Below are positions 11,481 to 21,921 of a stretch of 64,000 nt of DNA, one piece after another. This DNA is from an uncultured Hormoscilla sp. (GTDB lineage Bacteria; Cyanobacteriota; Cyanobacteriia; Cyanobacteriales; Desertifilaceae). The DNA is taken from the NCBI GenBank assembly GCA_963921275.4, contig OZ001293.3, positions 64,001 to 128,000 of the forward strand, read 5' to 3'. Every line of letters begins with the position of its first letter. The stretch's first letter is position 1. Under the pieces are notes generated by a model. That model was not told where the DNA came from and did no database searches. It saw nothing but the letters and a program-made list of their open reading frames with translations. The translations under genes were made by a program, and so were the position numbers.

Positions 11481-11794
11481 GATGGTATGATATAATATCA
11501 GCAAGATTTGAATGGAGAAAAAGAAAGTGCATGCTACCCAACCAGTTGAGAGCCAAATCAGGATCGCCGAACAGAATGACTACTTGGTCGAACGCATCGG
11601 TGGCTATTTACCTGTCCTAGAAGTTCCTTTAGATTATCCCAGATCGCCTGCGTCAACCCATTTCCGGGCCACAGAAGCTATTGAAATAGATCGCAAGCTA
11701 TGTTTAGAACTAGAAAAATTTCTGCGTACAATTCGGGAAAAATCGGAAAAAGTGACCGCGTTCGCGGTCATACTTGCAGCATTTAAGGTTGTTT
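11481..11794 (+). repeat. Duplicated upstream region and first ~94 codons of the NRPS at 12745-13058
   Basis: Near-identical about 314-bp direct repeat. Confidence 0.95.
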
Positions 11795-11956
11795 AAGCGC
11801 AGCGGCCGACAATCAGGCAGATTGGTTTTAACCATGGAGGGCCGTATACTTGTGGTAGTAGCAGCCTGGTTGGACAATAGAAGTCAGCAAACCAGGGGAG
11901 CTAGAGTAACCAGCCAGACTATGGTACAATATCAGCTCTCTCTCAGGAGTACAACA

Positions 11957-12693
11957 ATGAACATTATTATCAAAGCCGCTGCCATCCTCTACGTGATGTT
12001 TCCTTTCCAAGCAGCCCTTGCGAGGTGGGATGTGATCACGAAAAAGGACGAGATGACGGGTGATATCTCGTCCTATGCATCCTCAGACAGCGTTGGCAGC
12101 ACAAGGCCGATGGGCTTCCCATATACAGGAATAAAGAGCCAGTTAGTCTTCGGTTGCGACACCAAATGAATGGGCGTACATCTTCTTTGACCATGGACCA
12201 AACCTTATCAACGATGACTTTGAAGGTGGGTACCTACATTCCGCACGACAAATGTAGTACGTAATGATTACAAATATGTTGTGATGAAAGCGAACATAAA
12301 AGCTCATATCCGTATAAATAAATATACGTCATGTTTGCTAAATTGTCAGATATAGTACGTATTACAAAAAGTCGTGCAATTGTAATCTGATCGATAAATT
12401 ACTTATTACAAGATATGTTACAACTTGTCGTGCGGAAAGTGGGTGGGTACAGTGTCTCAGAAAACCGGATCAAGTTTGATGATGAAATCATGACGATGAG
12501 AATGATCCAGCAGTCCGGCAATGATAATTTCTTGCATTTCTCCGGCCGGGAGGAGGTTGAGGTTATCAGCCGGTTCATGATCCATACAACGGTCAAGCTG
12601 GAGCTTGCCTGGTTCGGTGAGGGAAAAGTTTACTTCGAGTACTCGCTGGAAGGCTCAAGTGATGCGATTAGACGAGCAAGAGAGATATGCTGA
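11957..12693 (+). pseudogene. Exported hypothetical protein broken by a frameshift (near 12167) and a MITE
   Basis: Signal peptide + WDVITKKDEMTG; removing 12233-12449 joins DFEGGY to SVSENRIKFDD. Confidence 0.7.
12233..12443. mobile_element. 211-bp MITE with IS1634-like ends
   Basis: 19-bp TIRs cctacattccgcacgacaa / ttgtcgtgcggaaagtggg (2 mismatches); 6-bp TSD TGGGTA at 12227-12232 and 12444-12449; AT-rich interior. Confidence 0.88.
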
Positions 12694-12775
12694 CAGTAGA
12701 AACGTGGCCTTGGAGCTTGTCGGTTCGGCTCATAGGGCTTAGGAGATGGTATGATATAATATCGGCAAGATTTGA

Positions 12776-15446
12776 ATGGAGAAAAAGAAAGTGCATGCTA
12801 CCCAACCAGTTGAGAGCCAAATCAGGATCGCCGAACAGAATGACTACTTGGTAGATCGCATCGGTGGCTATTTACCTGTTCTAGAAGTTCCTTTAGATTA
12901 TCCTAGATCGCCGGCGTCAACCCATTTCCGGGCCACAGAAGCTATTGAAATAGATCGCAAGCTATGTTTAGAACTAGAAAAACTTCTGCGTATAGTTCGG
13001 GAAAAATCGGAAAAAGTGACCGCGTTCGCGGTCATACTTGCAGCATTTAAGGTTGTTTGGCACTGCTATACCGGGGTAGAAGATATTGTGGTGGGTGGAC
13101 TAGCTGTAGGGAATCAGGGAGAGACAAAGGGAAAAAAAATCGCTATTGACCGGGATAAATCGGTAAATATATTAGCCCTGCGCACGAAGATAACGGGCAA
13201 TCCAACGGTAGCAGAGTTGGTCGATCGGGTGGCAAAAACAGTAGAAGAGGCCCAAGCTGCTAGAGATTACCCGATCGAGCAGCTATGGTCTGAAATAGAT
13301 AGGGACAATCTTGAAGTTAGTTATCAAAAAGTGGCACAGATGGCGCGGGTAATTTTGGTGGAGTGCGAACCGTTCCGGAAAAATCGGACAGAGACGCAAG
13401 CAACCAAGACATTGTCAGAGGCAATTGCCGAGGTAGAAAAAAAGGGTGATAATTTGATTCTAGTGCTGTACGATAGTACAACCGCTGGGAATTTAACAAT
13501 AGAGTGCCAATACAATGGTGGTTTATTTGACTCGGGAACGATCGCACGCATGTTGGGGCATCTCCAGACGGTGCTTGAGGGCATGGTAGCATCTCCAGAA
13601 CAGCAGCTCGCGAAGTTGCCCCTATTAACTCCAGCAGAACGGCAGCAACTATTGGTGGAGTGGAACCAGACTCAGCAAGACTACCCCCGGACTCAATGCA
13701 TTCATCAGTTATTTGAAGAGCAAGTTGACCGCACGCCTGACAAGGTAGCGGTATCGTTTAAAGGGGAGAGTCTGACCTACAACTCACTGAATAAACGCGC
13801 CAATCAACTGGCTAATTATCTGCGTACTCTCGGAGTAGGTCCGGAAGTCCTTGTTGGTCTATGGGTCGATCGCTCTTTAGAGATGTTAGTCGGACTGCTG
13901 GGTATCCTCAAAGCTGGTGGGGGTTACGTACCTCTGGATCCCGCCTATCCCCAAGAACGTTTGACCTACATGTTGTCCGATGCGGCAGCGATGCCTGAGG
14001 GTTTTTTGCCATGCATCCCGAAGGCATCGAAACCAGTGGTATTGACTCAACAGCATTTGCTCGCCCATCAAAAGGTGCTCAAAGATAAAGAGATTCGCGT
14101 GGTCTGTTTGGATAGGGATTGGGATGAAATAGCCTCCCAGAGCGATCTCCCTCCGGAAACAGCCGTCAAACCAGATAACTCGGCCTATACTATCTACACA
14201 TCCGGGTCTACGGGCAAACCCAAGGGGTGCAAATAGAACACCGGTCGGCGGTCAACTTCTTGACCGCCATGAGCCAGCGACCGGGATTGACAGAGCATGA
14301 CATACTGCTGGCAGTTACGACTATATCTTTTGACATTGCAGGACTAGAACTCTACTTGCCCCTGATAGTGGGGGCTCAGGTAGCGATCGCCTCCCAGGAA
14401 GTAGGCTCGGAAGGGCAAGTTCTAGCGGAACTAATAGAGGAGTCCGGGGCGACGGTTATGCAAGCTACTCCGGCCACTTGGTATCTGCTCCTGGCATCCG
14501 GATGGAAAGGTAAGTCAGGTCTGAAAATTCTCTCTGGGGGCGAAGCTTTGCCCCAAGCATTGGCCGATCGCCTGCTAGAAACAGGGGCTCATCTGTGGAA
14601 TCTCTACGGACCGACTGAAGCTACGATCTGGTCAACCCTGTACGAGATGGGCAAAGGTCGGCGTTCCGATCGCGTAGCGTGCGCGCAGCGCAATCCAGGC
14701 CAGTCAGATGTTAGCCACGGGATCCGGGACACCCCTTTATCCGTTGGCACCCCGATCGCCAATACCCAAATCTATATTCTGGACGAGCATCTTCAACCCG
14801 TTCCCATCGGTGTGGCTGGGGAGCTGTATATAGGGGGAGCCGGTCTAGCTCGGGGCTATCGCAATCGTCCCGACTTGACGGCAGCACAATTTATTCCCAA
14901 TCCCTTTGCGGCAGGACGACTCTATAAAACAGGAGATCTGGCTCGCTATTTAGCCAATGGTGATATATTACTTCTCGGTCGCATCGACTATCAGGTGAAG
15001 GTACGCGGCTTTCGCATAGAACTCGGAGAAATCGAAGCGGTTTTGAACCGACATCCTGGGGTGCATCAGGGCGTAGTCGTAGCCGCGCGTTCCAATGTTC
15101 GTAGTAAACACTTTAGTGTTTCCGAAAGTGTTTCCGAAAGTGCTTCCCACCGAAAATTGTTTGAGGCGGATAAGCGTCTAGTAGCTTACGTCGTCCCCGA
15201 CCCAGACTACCAGGGCAGCGACGCCGGAGAAGCGGAAGCCTCCGAAAAGCAAATCTCCCAATGGCAGGAACTGTGGGATCTAGCCTATAGCCAAGAAGAT
15301 AATAGTGAGTCGGATCCAACTTTGAATATTAGCGGTTGGAACGATAGCTATACAGCGAGCAAGATTTCAGCAGAGCAAATGCGCGAGTGGGTCGAAGGAA
15401 CGGTGTCCCGAATTCTGGACCTCTCACCGCAGCGGGTACTCCCCAA
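12776..15446 (+). pseudogene. NRPS fragment: partial C domain, A domain, start of embedded methyltransferase; frameshift near 14228
   Basis: YTSGSTGKPKG, NLYGPTE, GELYIGGAGLARGY, LYKTGDLAR, QVKVRGFRIELGEIE; GWNDSY...RILDLSPQRVL breaks off before the SAM motif. Confidence 0.92.
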
Positions 15447-15465
15447 CCGATTTTTCCGGAACGGT

Positions 15466-17594
15466 GGACGCACAAACCTTAGAAGCACAAATATATTCCC
15501 ACGATCCAGAAGACCAAGTGGCCTTCCGTAACGGCACTCGCTATGTCCCCCGACTGGTCCGGAGTCCCAAGCGGGGACGCCTACCCTACAAGCAGAAAAC
15601 TCCCCTTTCTCTGGACGGCTCCTTTTTAATTACTGGCGGTTTCGGCGCTTTGGGGTTGCTGGTTGCTCGCGCGATCGCCCAATGGGGAGGCAAAAACATT
15701 GTTCTGGTAGGACGCAGGGAACCGAAACCAGAGGTCAAAGAACGGTTAAAAGCACTAGAAACTGCGGGAGTTCGGGTAACTATCTTCCAGTGCGATGTCT
15801 CCGATGCCCAGCAAGTGGCAGAGTTATTGGGGCAAATAGATCGCACTTTACCCCCCTTGCGAGGCATCGTTCATGCTGCTGGAGTGGTGGAATTCTGCGG
15901 CCTGTGGCCGCAAGACTGGACCCGCTTTGCCCGAGTGCTGGCCCCTAAGGTCCAAGGCACCTGGAATTTGCACTCCCTCACCAAAGATCGACCTTTAGAC
16001 TTCTTTGTTTGCTTCTCTTCCCTGGCCTCAATGCTTGGTTCCCACGGTTTGGCAAGCTATGGGGCCGCAAATGAATTTATGGATGCTTTGATGCATTATC
16101 GTCGTGAGCAGGGACTGCCTGGGTTGAGCATCAATTGGGGACCTTGGGCGGAAGCAGGAATGGCAAGCAAGCTAGGGTCCGACCATCAGCAGCGATTATC
16201 AGCTTGGGGACTCTCGGAGATCGTCCCCCATCGCGCTTTGGCCCTCTTGGAGCAACTCTTACAACTCGATCTCCCACAGGTGGGGGTTATGCCCGTCGAT
16301 TGGTCCAAATGGCTCCAGCAATTCCCCGCCGTCCCCCCATTTTACCAGCAAGTTGCCCCCAGTACATACCCAGCAGAAGTCGGAAATTTTGGTCGAGAAT
16401 TAGAGGCAACTCCTGTTTCCGATTTTTCCGGAACGGTGCGGCGATCGCTCCTACTGTCACATGTGAAGAAATTAGTGGCGAAAACCCTGGGATTAAAGGA
16501 TGCTGACCAAATCATGCAAGATGCCCAGTTCGCGGATCTGGGACTTGATTATTTGATGGCAATGGAGTTGCGCAACGATCTGCAATCCAGTTTGGGATTT
16601 TCCCGGTCTTCCACCTTTCTCTTTAAGTATCCTACCTTGGCTGAGTTGGTGGATTATTTGGAGCGAGATGTCCTGGGTTTAGTGAGGGAAGTTCCCCGAT
16701 CCTCCTCTAATGACCCCGATCGCTCTACAGTGGTGCCCATTCAGCCCCTTGGTTCCGGGCCTAATTTGTTCTTTCTGCCCGGTATTTTGGGCAGCGTTTT
16801 CGACCTCTATCCCTTGGCCAAATATTTGGGTCGCAAACGCCCCTTTTTCGGACTGCGATCGCTCGGCACCGATGCCGACGAACTGCCCTTCCAGACCATG
16901 GCAGACATTGCCGCCCATGATATCAAATCCATCCAAGCAGTTCAGCCTCACGGGCCATACTTCCTTGGCGGTCATTCCTTCGGCGGCAAAGTCGCTTTTG
17001 AAATGGCTCAACAGTTGCGATCGCAAGGTGAGGAAGTTTCATTCTTAGCGATGATGGACATCCAGGTCGGCATTCCCGAACCGGAAAAAGATGCGATTTC
17101 ATGGGATATGACCCAATGTCTTGCCAACCTAGCCAGTATCTATAACGGCATTTTAGGAAAAGATTTGGGGGTACAGTCTGAGACTCTCCAACTTCTCGAT
17201 GCTGACGAGCAGCTAGACTATTTCCGAATGGTCTTGAAAATGGCCGGTCAGCCATTGCCTTCCCAGGCGATCGCCAGGGAACGAGCTGATTTGCAGCGCC
17301 TTATAGAAGTTTACAAGGCCAATACCCAAGCTAGCGTTCGATACCTGATACAGGATAGCCATCCGATGGAGATGATTCTATTGAGAGCTAGCTACTGAGG
17401 TGGGAGCCTTGGGAAATTATCTTCCCGATGAGGCAACTACCCAGGCAGACCCCACTTGGGGATGGTCGCGGGTGACTTCTCTTGGAGTTCAGTTGGAATT
17501 GGTCCCGGGAAACCATTTTACTATGCTCGCTGAACCCCATGTTCGGGTTTTAGCCGAACGCTTGCAATTTTTCCTCGAACAGGTAAACGAATGA
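15466..17594 (+). pseudogene. PKS C-terminal fragment KR-ACP-TE; ACP serine lost; frameshift near 17395
   Basis: ITGGFGALG, HAAG, YGAAN (KR); LGLDYLMAMEL (GLDS to GLDY); GHSFGG (TE); PGNHFTM tail in another frame. Confidence 0.9.
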
Positions 17595-17606
17595 TGGGCT
17601 CTTCCT

Positions 17607-17764
17607 GAAAACCGGGCTCCCAAGAAACCGGGTTTCACCCGTTCGCGTAGCGTGCGCGCAGCGCAATCGCTTTTGCCTCAGCACCGATAGCTAGTATCAG
17701 AAACCCGGTTTCTGGCGGAGGATGGGATATTCCTGGAAACCGGACAAGAAACCGGGTTTCTGGG
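17607..17764. repeat. Cluster of GAAACCCGGTTTC palindromic repeats
   Basis: Several copies; same family at 63417-63573. Confidence 0.8.
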
Positions 17765-17892
17765 TACTCAATAACACACCGCCGGGGCACGGCATCAGTT
17801 AATTATCGGGTTATCCGGTGGATTATTGGATGCCGTGCCCCTACCGGAAATCCTTTTACAATTCACCATTGACCATTGACCATTCACTAACC

Positions 17893-18279
17893 TCAGCGCA
17901 ACCCCGCACAGGTGAATGCTGCCCAGTAATTCGGTGAAGCAAAGGGCAACTCTTTTTGACAATATTCCTCCAAAATCCTTCGGGAATTGTCGATCCTGTT
18001 GGCTATTTTAGCACGCTCGTTGTATTCTTCATGCAAACGCTGGTATTCTGAGGAATCTTTGGCACAGGCATCTCGCCGTTTCTTCACTGACTTGCGTGCT
18101 GCTTCCGCCTGTTTTAATTTCTCCTTCAGCATGGGTTCGATTTTGGGTTTGTATTCTGCGGACAATTCCTGGCCAGTCAGGTGACGCAGCAGAACTTGTG
18201 CTTCACGCAAGGCTGAGGGGCGATTTTTGCCCTGCTGCCGCTGCTGATAATAGAAGATGCAAAACATCGCTGTGGCTAT
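17893..18279 (-). pseudogene. C-terminal fragment of a CHAT-domain protein
   Basis: IATAMFCIFYY...ALREAQ...PFASPNYWAAFTCAGLR; 5' part replaced by a non-coding element. Confidence 0.85.
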
Positions 18280-18490
18280 GATGTCTCATTGGCTTGACTG
18301 CTGCTTTCAATATATCTCATCTCTTGCGCTATTGCCTGGTTTCCCTGTTCTCCCCTCTGGAGTCTGTCCGACGGGTTGCCACTCACAGCAGGGCAACCAG
18401 AGTACCGGTTCCACCCCTGCCCGAATCGGGCCACGGCTTGCATGACAATAATCCTAGCACTCAATATATAATAATGGAGAACTTGTGTTG
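18279..18490. other. Unclassified non-coding element, copy A
   Basis: Collinear conserved blocks shared with 19465-19973. Confidence 0.75.
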
Positions 18491-18514
18491 CGCCCATACC
18501 CAGATTCTGATATT

Positions 18515-18946
18515 CTAGCTTTCCGATGGTGGATGAATACCAGCCATCACCAATAGGCGACGCAAGTTAACAACACCTGTTCTGTTCAAACGGAGAGATT
18601 GAACTGAGGCTCGACCACAAGGTGTTTTTCCCATGACATAAGTGAAATCATCGCTCCAGCTAAAATGCTCTGTCCCAACTTGTTGACGAGGGTTAAACAG
18701 AGCCACTTCTTCATTTGTTTCTGGATCGACATCGTGGGTTTTGGCATGTTTGTAGCTGTTACAACCAACACAAGCCCAGGCTAAATTGTCTAATCTGGTT
18801 TCACCACCTGCTGCACGGGGGATTATATGGTCAACAGTGAAACTCTTAAGAGCAAAGTCACCAGGACTGCGGCAATACTCGCAGTAATTTTTGGCTCGGA
18901 TGGAAACCGCTCGTCTAATGGCAGGTGTAATATTATCGGATGGCAT
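18515..18946 (-). CDS. HNH endonuclease
   Basis: CEYC, VDHIIPRAAGG, NLAWACVGCN, LFNPR. Confidence 0.92.
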   Translation of the reverse strand: MPSDNITPAIRRAVSIRAKNYCEYCRSPGDFALKSFTVDHIIPRAAGGETRLDNLAWACVGCNSYKHAKTHDVDPETNEEVALFNPRQQVGTEHFSWSDDFTYVMGKTPCGRASVQSLRLNRTGVVNLRRLLVMAGIHPPSES

Positions 18947-18951
18947 TGGCT

Positions 18952-19329
18952 TTATTCAGATTTTAACTCGCTCATCAAAGTCACCAGATCGACCTTGCGA
19001 ATTTTCGCCAATTCCATCAATGCTGCGACTCTTTGCACATTTTGATGTTCTACCCGTTCTATGGCTGTTAATAATTCATTATATTCTGCCTCACTTAACT
19101 CGCCCCATTCATTGCGATCGTCCAATTCCTCCAGTCGAGCTTCTTCTTCTGGTGGTAGTCGGCGCTGAACTATTTCCAGCAACTCTCTTTCTTCAAGGGA
19201 GGGTGTTTCTTCTCCTGTTTTACGATCGTTCCCGAACAAAGATTCGAGCAATTCAACCGCTTCAACTAATCTTTCTTGTGGCAAATTTTCCAATAACTCG
19301 ATAGCTCTTTGGCGAATTTCCGTTTCCAT
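18952..19329 (-). CDS. Small helical protein co-oriented upstream of HNH (antitoxin-like)
   Basis: Acidic 125-aa ORF 5 bp upstream of the HNH gene. Confidence 0.75.
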   Translation of the reverse strand: METEIRQRAIELLENLPQERLVEAVELLESLFGNDRKTGEETPSLEERELLEIVQRRLPPEEEARLEELDDRNEWGELSEAEYNELLTAIERVEHQNVQRVAALMELAKIRKVDLVTLMSELKSE

Positions 19330-19464
19330 ATTTTCTGCCCTGTCTCCTTCTATTCTCTTCAGGTCTTAGTTCCCTTGCAATATCTAGGTTTCCTGTCCCC
19401 TGGGGCGAGCGATCGGGGTTTTAATCAGTTCCAGATAGGCAGAGGGGCGTTGTTCGTTCATGGT

Positions 19465-19973
19465 TGATGTCTCAATAGGGTAGACTGCTGCTTCAAGTAT
19501 ATGACACATTTTGTGCTATTGCCTGGTGGAGCAGTTCACCGACCAGTCGGCTAGGAGGCGCATTCCCACCCACAGGATGGCAACCAGAGTACCGGTTCCA
19601 CCCGTGGGCCAAATAGCCTCCATCAGGTGATTCCCCGGAGGTTGGCCCAAAAGCAGCACTAGGTTTTCCCAAAAGCAGCACTAGGGTTGGTGGAAAAGCA
19701 GCACTAGGTTATCGGGAGCAACAGCACTATGTTTTATGGAAAAACAGCACTATGTTTTATGGAGTAACAGCACTATCTTATTTGGAGTAACAGCACTATG
19801 TTTTATGGAGTAACAGCACTATCTTATTTGGAGTAACAGCACTATCTTATTGGGAACAGCGCCTGGTGGCGGCCACTGCACCAGGATAACCTCCCCTGGC
19901 GCAAAGCCCGAGATCGCGGCTTGCATGACTTTCCTCAGGGCACACAACATATAATGAGGGACAAACTCTGTTG
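19465..19973. other. Unclassified non-coding element, copy B, with internal 23-bp array
   Basis: Same blocks as copy A plus 9 CAGCACTA-containing units at 19654-19856. Confidence 0.75.
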
Positions 19974-19974
19974 A

Positions 19975-20071
19975 GGCTAGGGCCCAACTACTCCGAAGCT
20001 AGGGGCCAACTACTCTGAAGCGGAAGGCCAACTACTCTGAAGCGGAAGGCTAACTGCTCTGAAGCGGAAGG
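19975..20071. repeat. About 21-bp tandem repeat, 4 units
   Basis: ggccaactactctgaagc(g/t) repeated. Confidence 0.8.
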
Positions 20072-20173
20072 CACCCTCTAAACAAGGGATAGGGCGATTT
20101 TACCGCTCTCATGACTAACTCGAACTTAGTGACGAGCAAGTTTAGACGAGACTGGTGGCCCGAGATGTATATA

Positions 20174-21185
20174 ACTCAAGTTACGACCTATAAAAATTGG
20201 ATACAAAAAGCTATGATAAAGAGAATTATTTTCAACTCTAATCCCTTAGATGTAACAGCATGAATTGACTTGGGAAACAAATTTGTGATTCGACTAAAAC
20301 AGGTTTCAACTTGTTTTCTTGTTACTTTTTGTATATATTCAAAACAAGAAGATTCTTTTCTTTTTGAGTTTTTTTTTCGCAAAGGTTTTAACATTATACT
20401 TGACGACTCTTTTAGTAAATCCTCTAATTGATAATCATTATAAGCTTTATCTCCATAAACTATTGAATTTGATGGTAAGTCAAAGCCAAAAGATTGCAAA
20501 ACTTTAACATCATTATAACTACCAGGATCTAGATAAAATTCTATTGGCTTTCCATTTTTGTTTACCAACATATGAACTCTTAATCCATAAAAATAACGTT
20601 TTTTACTGGCAATATACCCTCGATATTCTTCCTTGTTATAAATTTGGCATCTATCAATCCTAATATTATCACATACTGGCACCGGGAAACTATCAAGAAT
20701 ATATTCTTGACCCGGATTGAGCTCTTTAAATGTTTGAGCTATAACTTGGAAAAAAAACATCCAAATTAGTTCGTCAATATTGTGTAATCGACGATTGAAC
20801 CTACTTTTACTTAACAGATTTTTTATATACTTGTGTTGGACCATAAATTGACAAGAGCGATCGTGGTGTCCTCCGAAAAAATATGCAGCAACTAATCCGA
20901 CTGTCATCACTTCGGCATTGTTCATTTTTACTTGTGGATCTTCTTTTATATTTAACGCTTTTAGTAGCTCGTCACAAAGAACAAAAATTGTTGTAATCAT
21001 ATCTTCCATCATCTACATCCCCCAGCAATTAACTATTATTTTAGTACATTATAACCTATAAACAGCCAACCCGCCGTCTAGCACAAAAAAAATATAATTT
21101 TGTATCAAAAGCTACGAAATATCCCAAATATCTGTAAAGTCTAAGTGGGTAATTCATATTTTTTTTAATAGGTCGCAACTTAGGT
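20174..21185 (-). mobile_element. IS982-family insertion sequence
   Basis: TIRs actcaagttacgacctat / ataggtcgcaacttaggt; TSD TATATA (20168-20173, 21186-21191); AT-rich. Confidence 0.92.
20188..21012 (-). CDS. IS982-family DDE transposase
   Basis: SRFNRR, ILDSFPVPVC, YFYGLRVH, YGDKAY, RKQVETCFS. Confidence 0.93.
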   Translation of the reverse strand: MMEDMITTIFVLCDELLKALNIKEDPQVKMNNAEVMTVGLVAAYFFGGHHDRSCQFMVQHKYIKNLLSKSRFNRRLHNIDELIWMFFFQVIAQTFKELNPGQEYILDSFPVPVCDNIRIDRCQIYNKEEYRGYIASKKRYFYGLRVHMLVNKNGKPIEFYLDPGSYNDVKVLQSFGFDLPSNSIVYGDKAYNDYQLEDLLKESSSIMLKPLRKKNSKRKESSCFEYIQKVTRKQVETCFSRITNLFPKSIHAVTSKGLELKIILFIIAFCIQFL

Positions 21186-21357
21186 TATATAGCAGATAAT
21201 TTACCCGTCAGCAGAGAAGGGCGGTCTCCAATCTGTCATGTTAGGACCGGCGATACGTAGGGACGAAGAGGAGACAAGATGCCTCGTGACATGAGCTTCC
21301 TGCTGAGTCTCCTCACAGGACTTGGGATAGCACGATTTGCGACCAGACCAGAAACCG

Positions 21358-21436
21358 GGGTGTGGTCAAAACCAGTTAGTATGGGATCGTCGGTACTGTA
21401 GTTCTCTACTCTATCAACTAATGCATGACCACACCC
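21358..21436. mobile_element. 79-bp MITE-like element
   Basis: GGGTGTGGTCA ... TGACCACACCC terminal inverted repeats. Confidence 0.6.
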
Positions 21437-21742
21437 TGCGGAATGTGGGATATACTGATCGCTATGCCAAATTGTCTGACGCTCTCAAATAGTTTAACTG
21501 GGCGATCGCCCGACGGTCGAATAACCGAATTGTTGGGTTAAGCCATCCGGTTTCTCCGGCTCCCATGGGTAAGCCCCCCGGTCGCGTACAGATCTTCAAA
21601 AAGCGCAAATCGATCCCGTTCCGGGTATAATCACGAGCAAGTTTGGACGACCGTTGACTGGTGGCCCCAGATGTATATAGCAGATAATCAGTTCCGAGTA
21701 TGTACGACCGCGATCGCACATACTACTGCAAAAGGAAAGGAG

Positions 21743-21770
21743 TTGACATGGGCACCCGATCTGGTATAGT
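21743..21770 (+). promoter_or_regulatory. Sigma70-type promoter
   Basis: TTGACA-16 nt-TATAGT. Confidence 0.7.
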
Positions 21771-21801
21771 GGAAGAGACAAAAGATGTCATTAAACATCA
21801 A

Positions 21802-21886
21802 GGCTTGCAGTCGGTATAAGACCGACTCATACCGAGTTCCCTGGCTCCCGCCTGGGAACGCGGGGGTTTGAACCCCCTGCGGGCCA
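21802..21886 (+). ncRNA. tRNA-like RNA or pseudo-tRNA
   Basis: Acceptor GGCUUGC/GCGGGCC + A; T-arm GGGGG-UUUGAAC-CCCCU; D-like hairpin AGUCGGU/ACCGACU; no canonical anticodon arm. Confidence 0.6.
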
Positions 21887-21921
21887 ACAGCGAAGTGAAG
21901 GAATTACAGGACAAGAAATGA

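Noticed and set aside
19654..19860. Mini-CRISPR reading of the 23-bp array
   Set aside because: The constant part is only 8 bp and the variable parts are related or identical to each other.
21802..21886. Functional tRNA, tRNA-Sec or tmRNA
   Set aside because: No 7-nt anticodon loop, no U8, altered T-loop, no tag reading frame.
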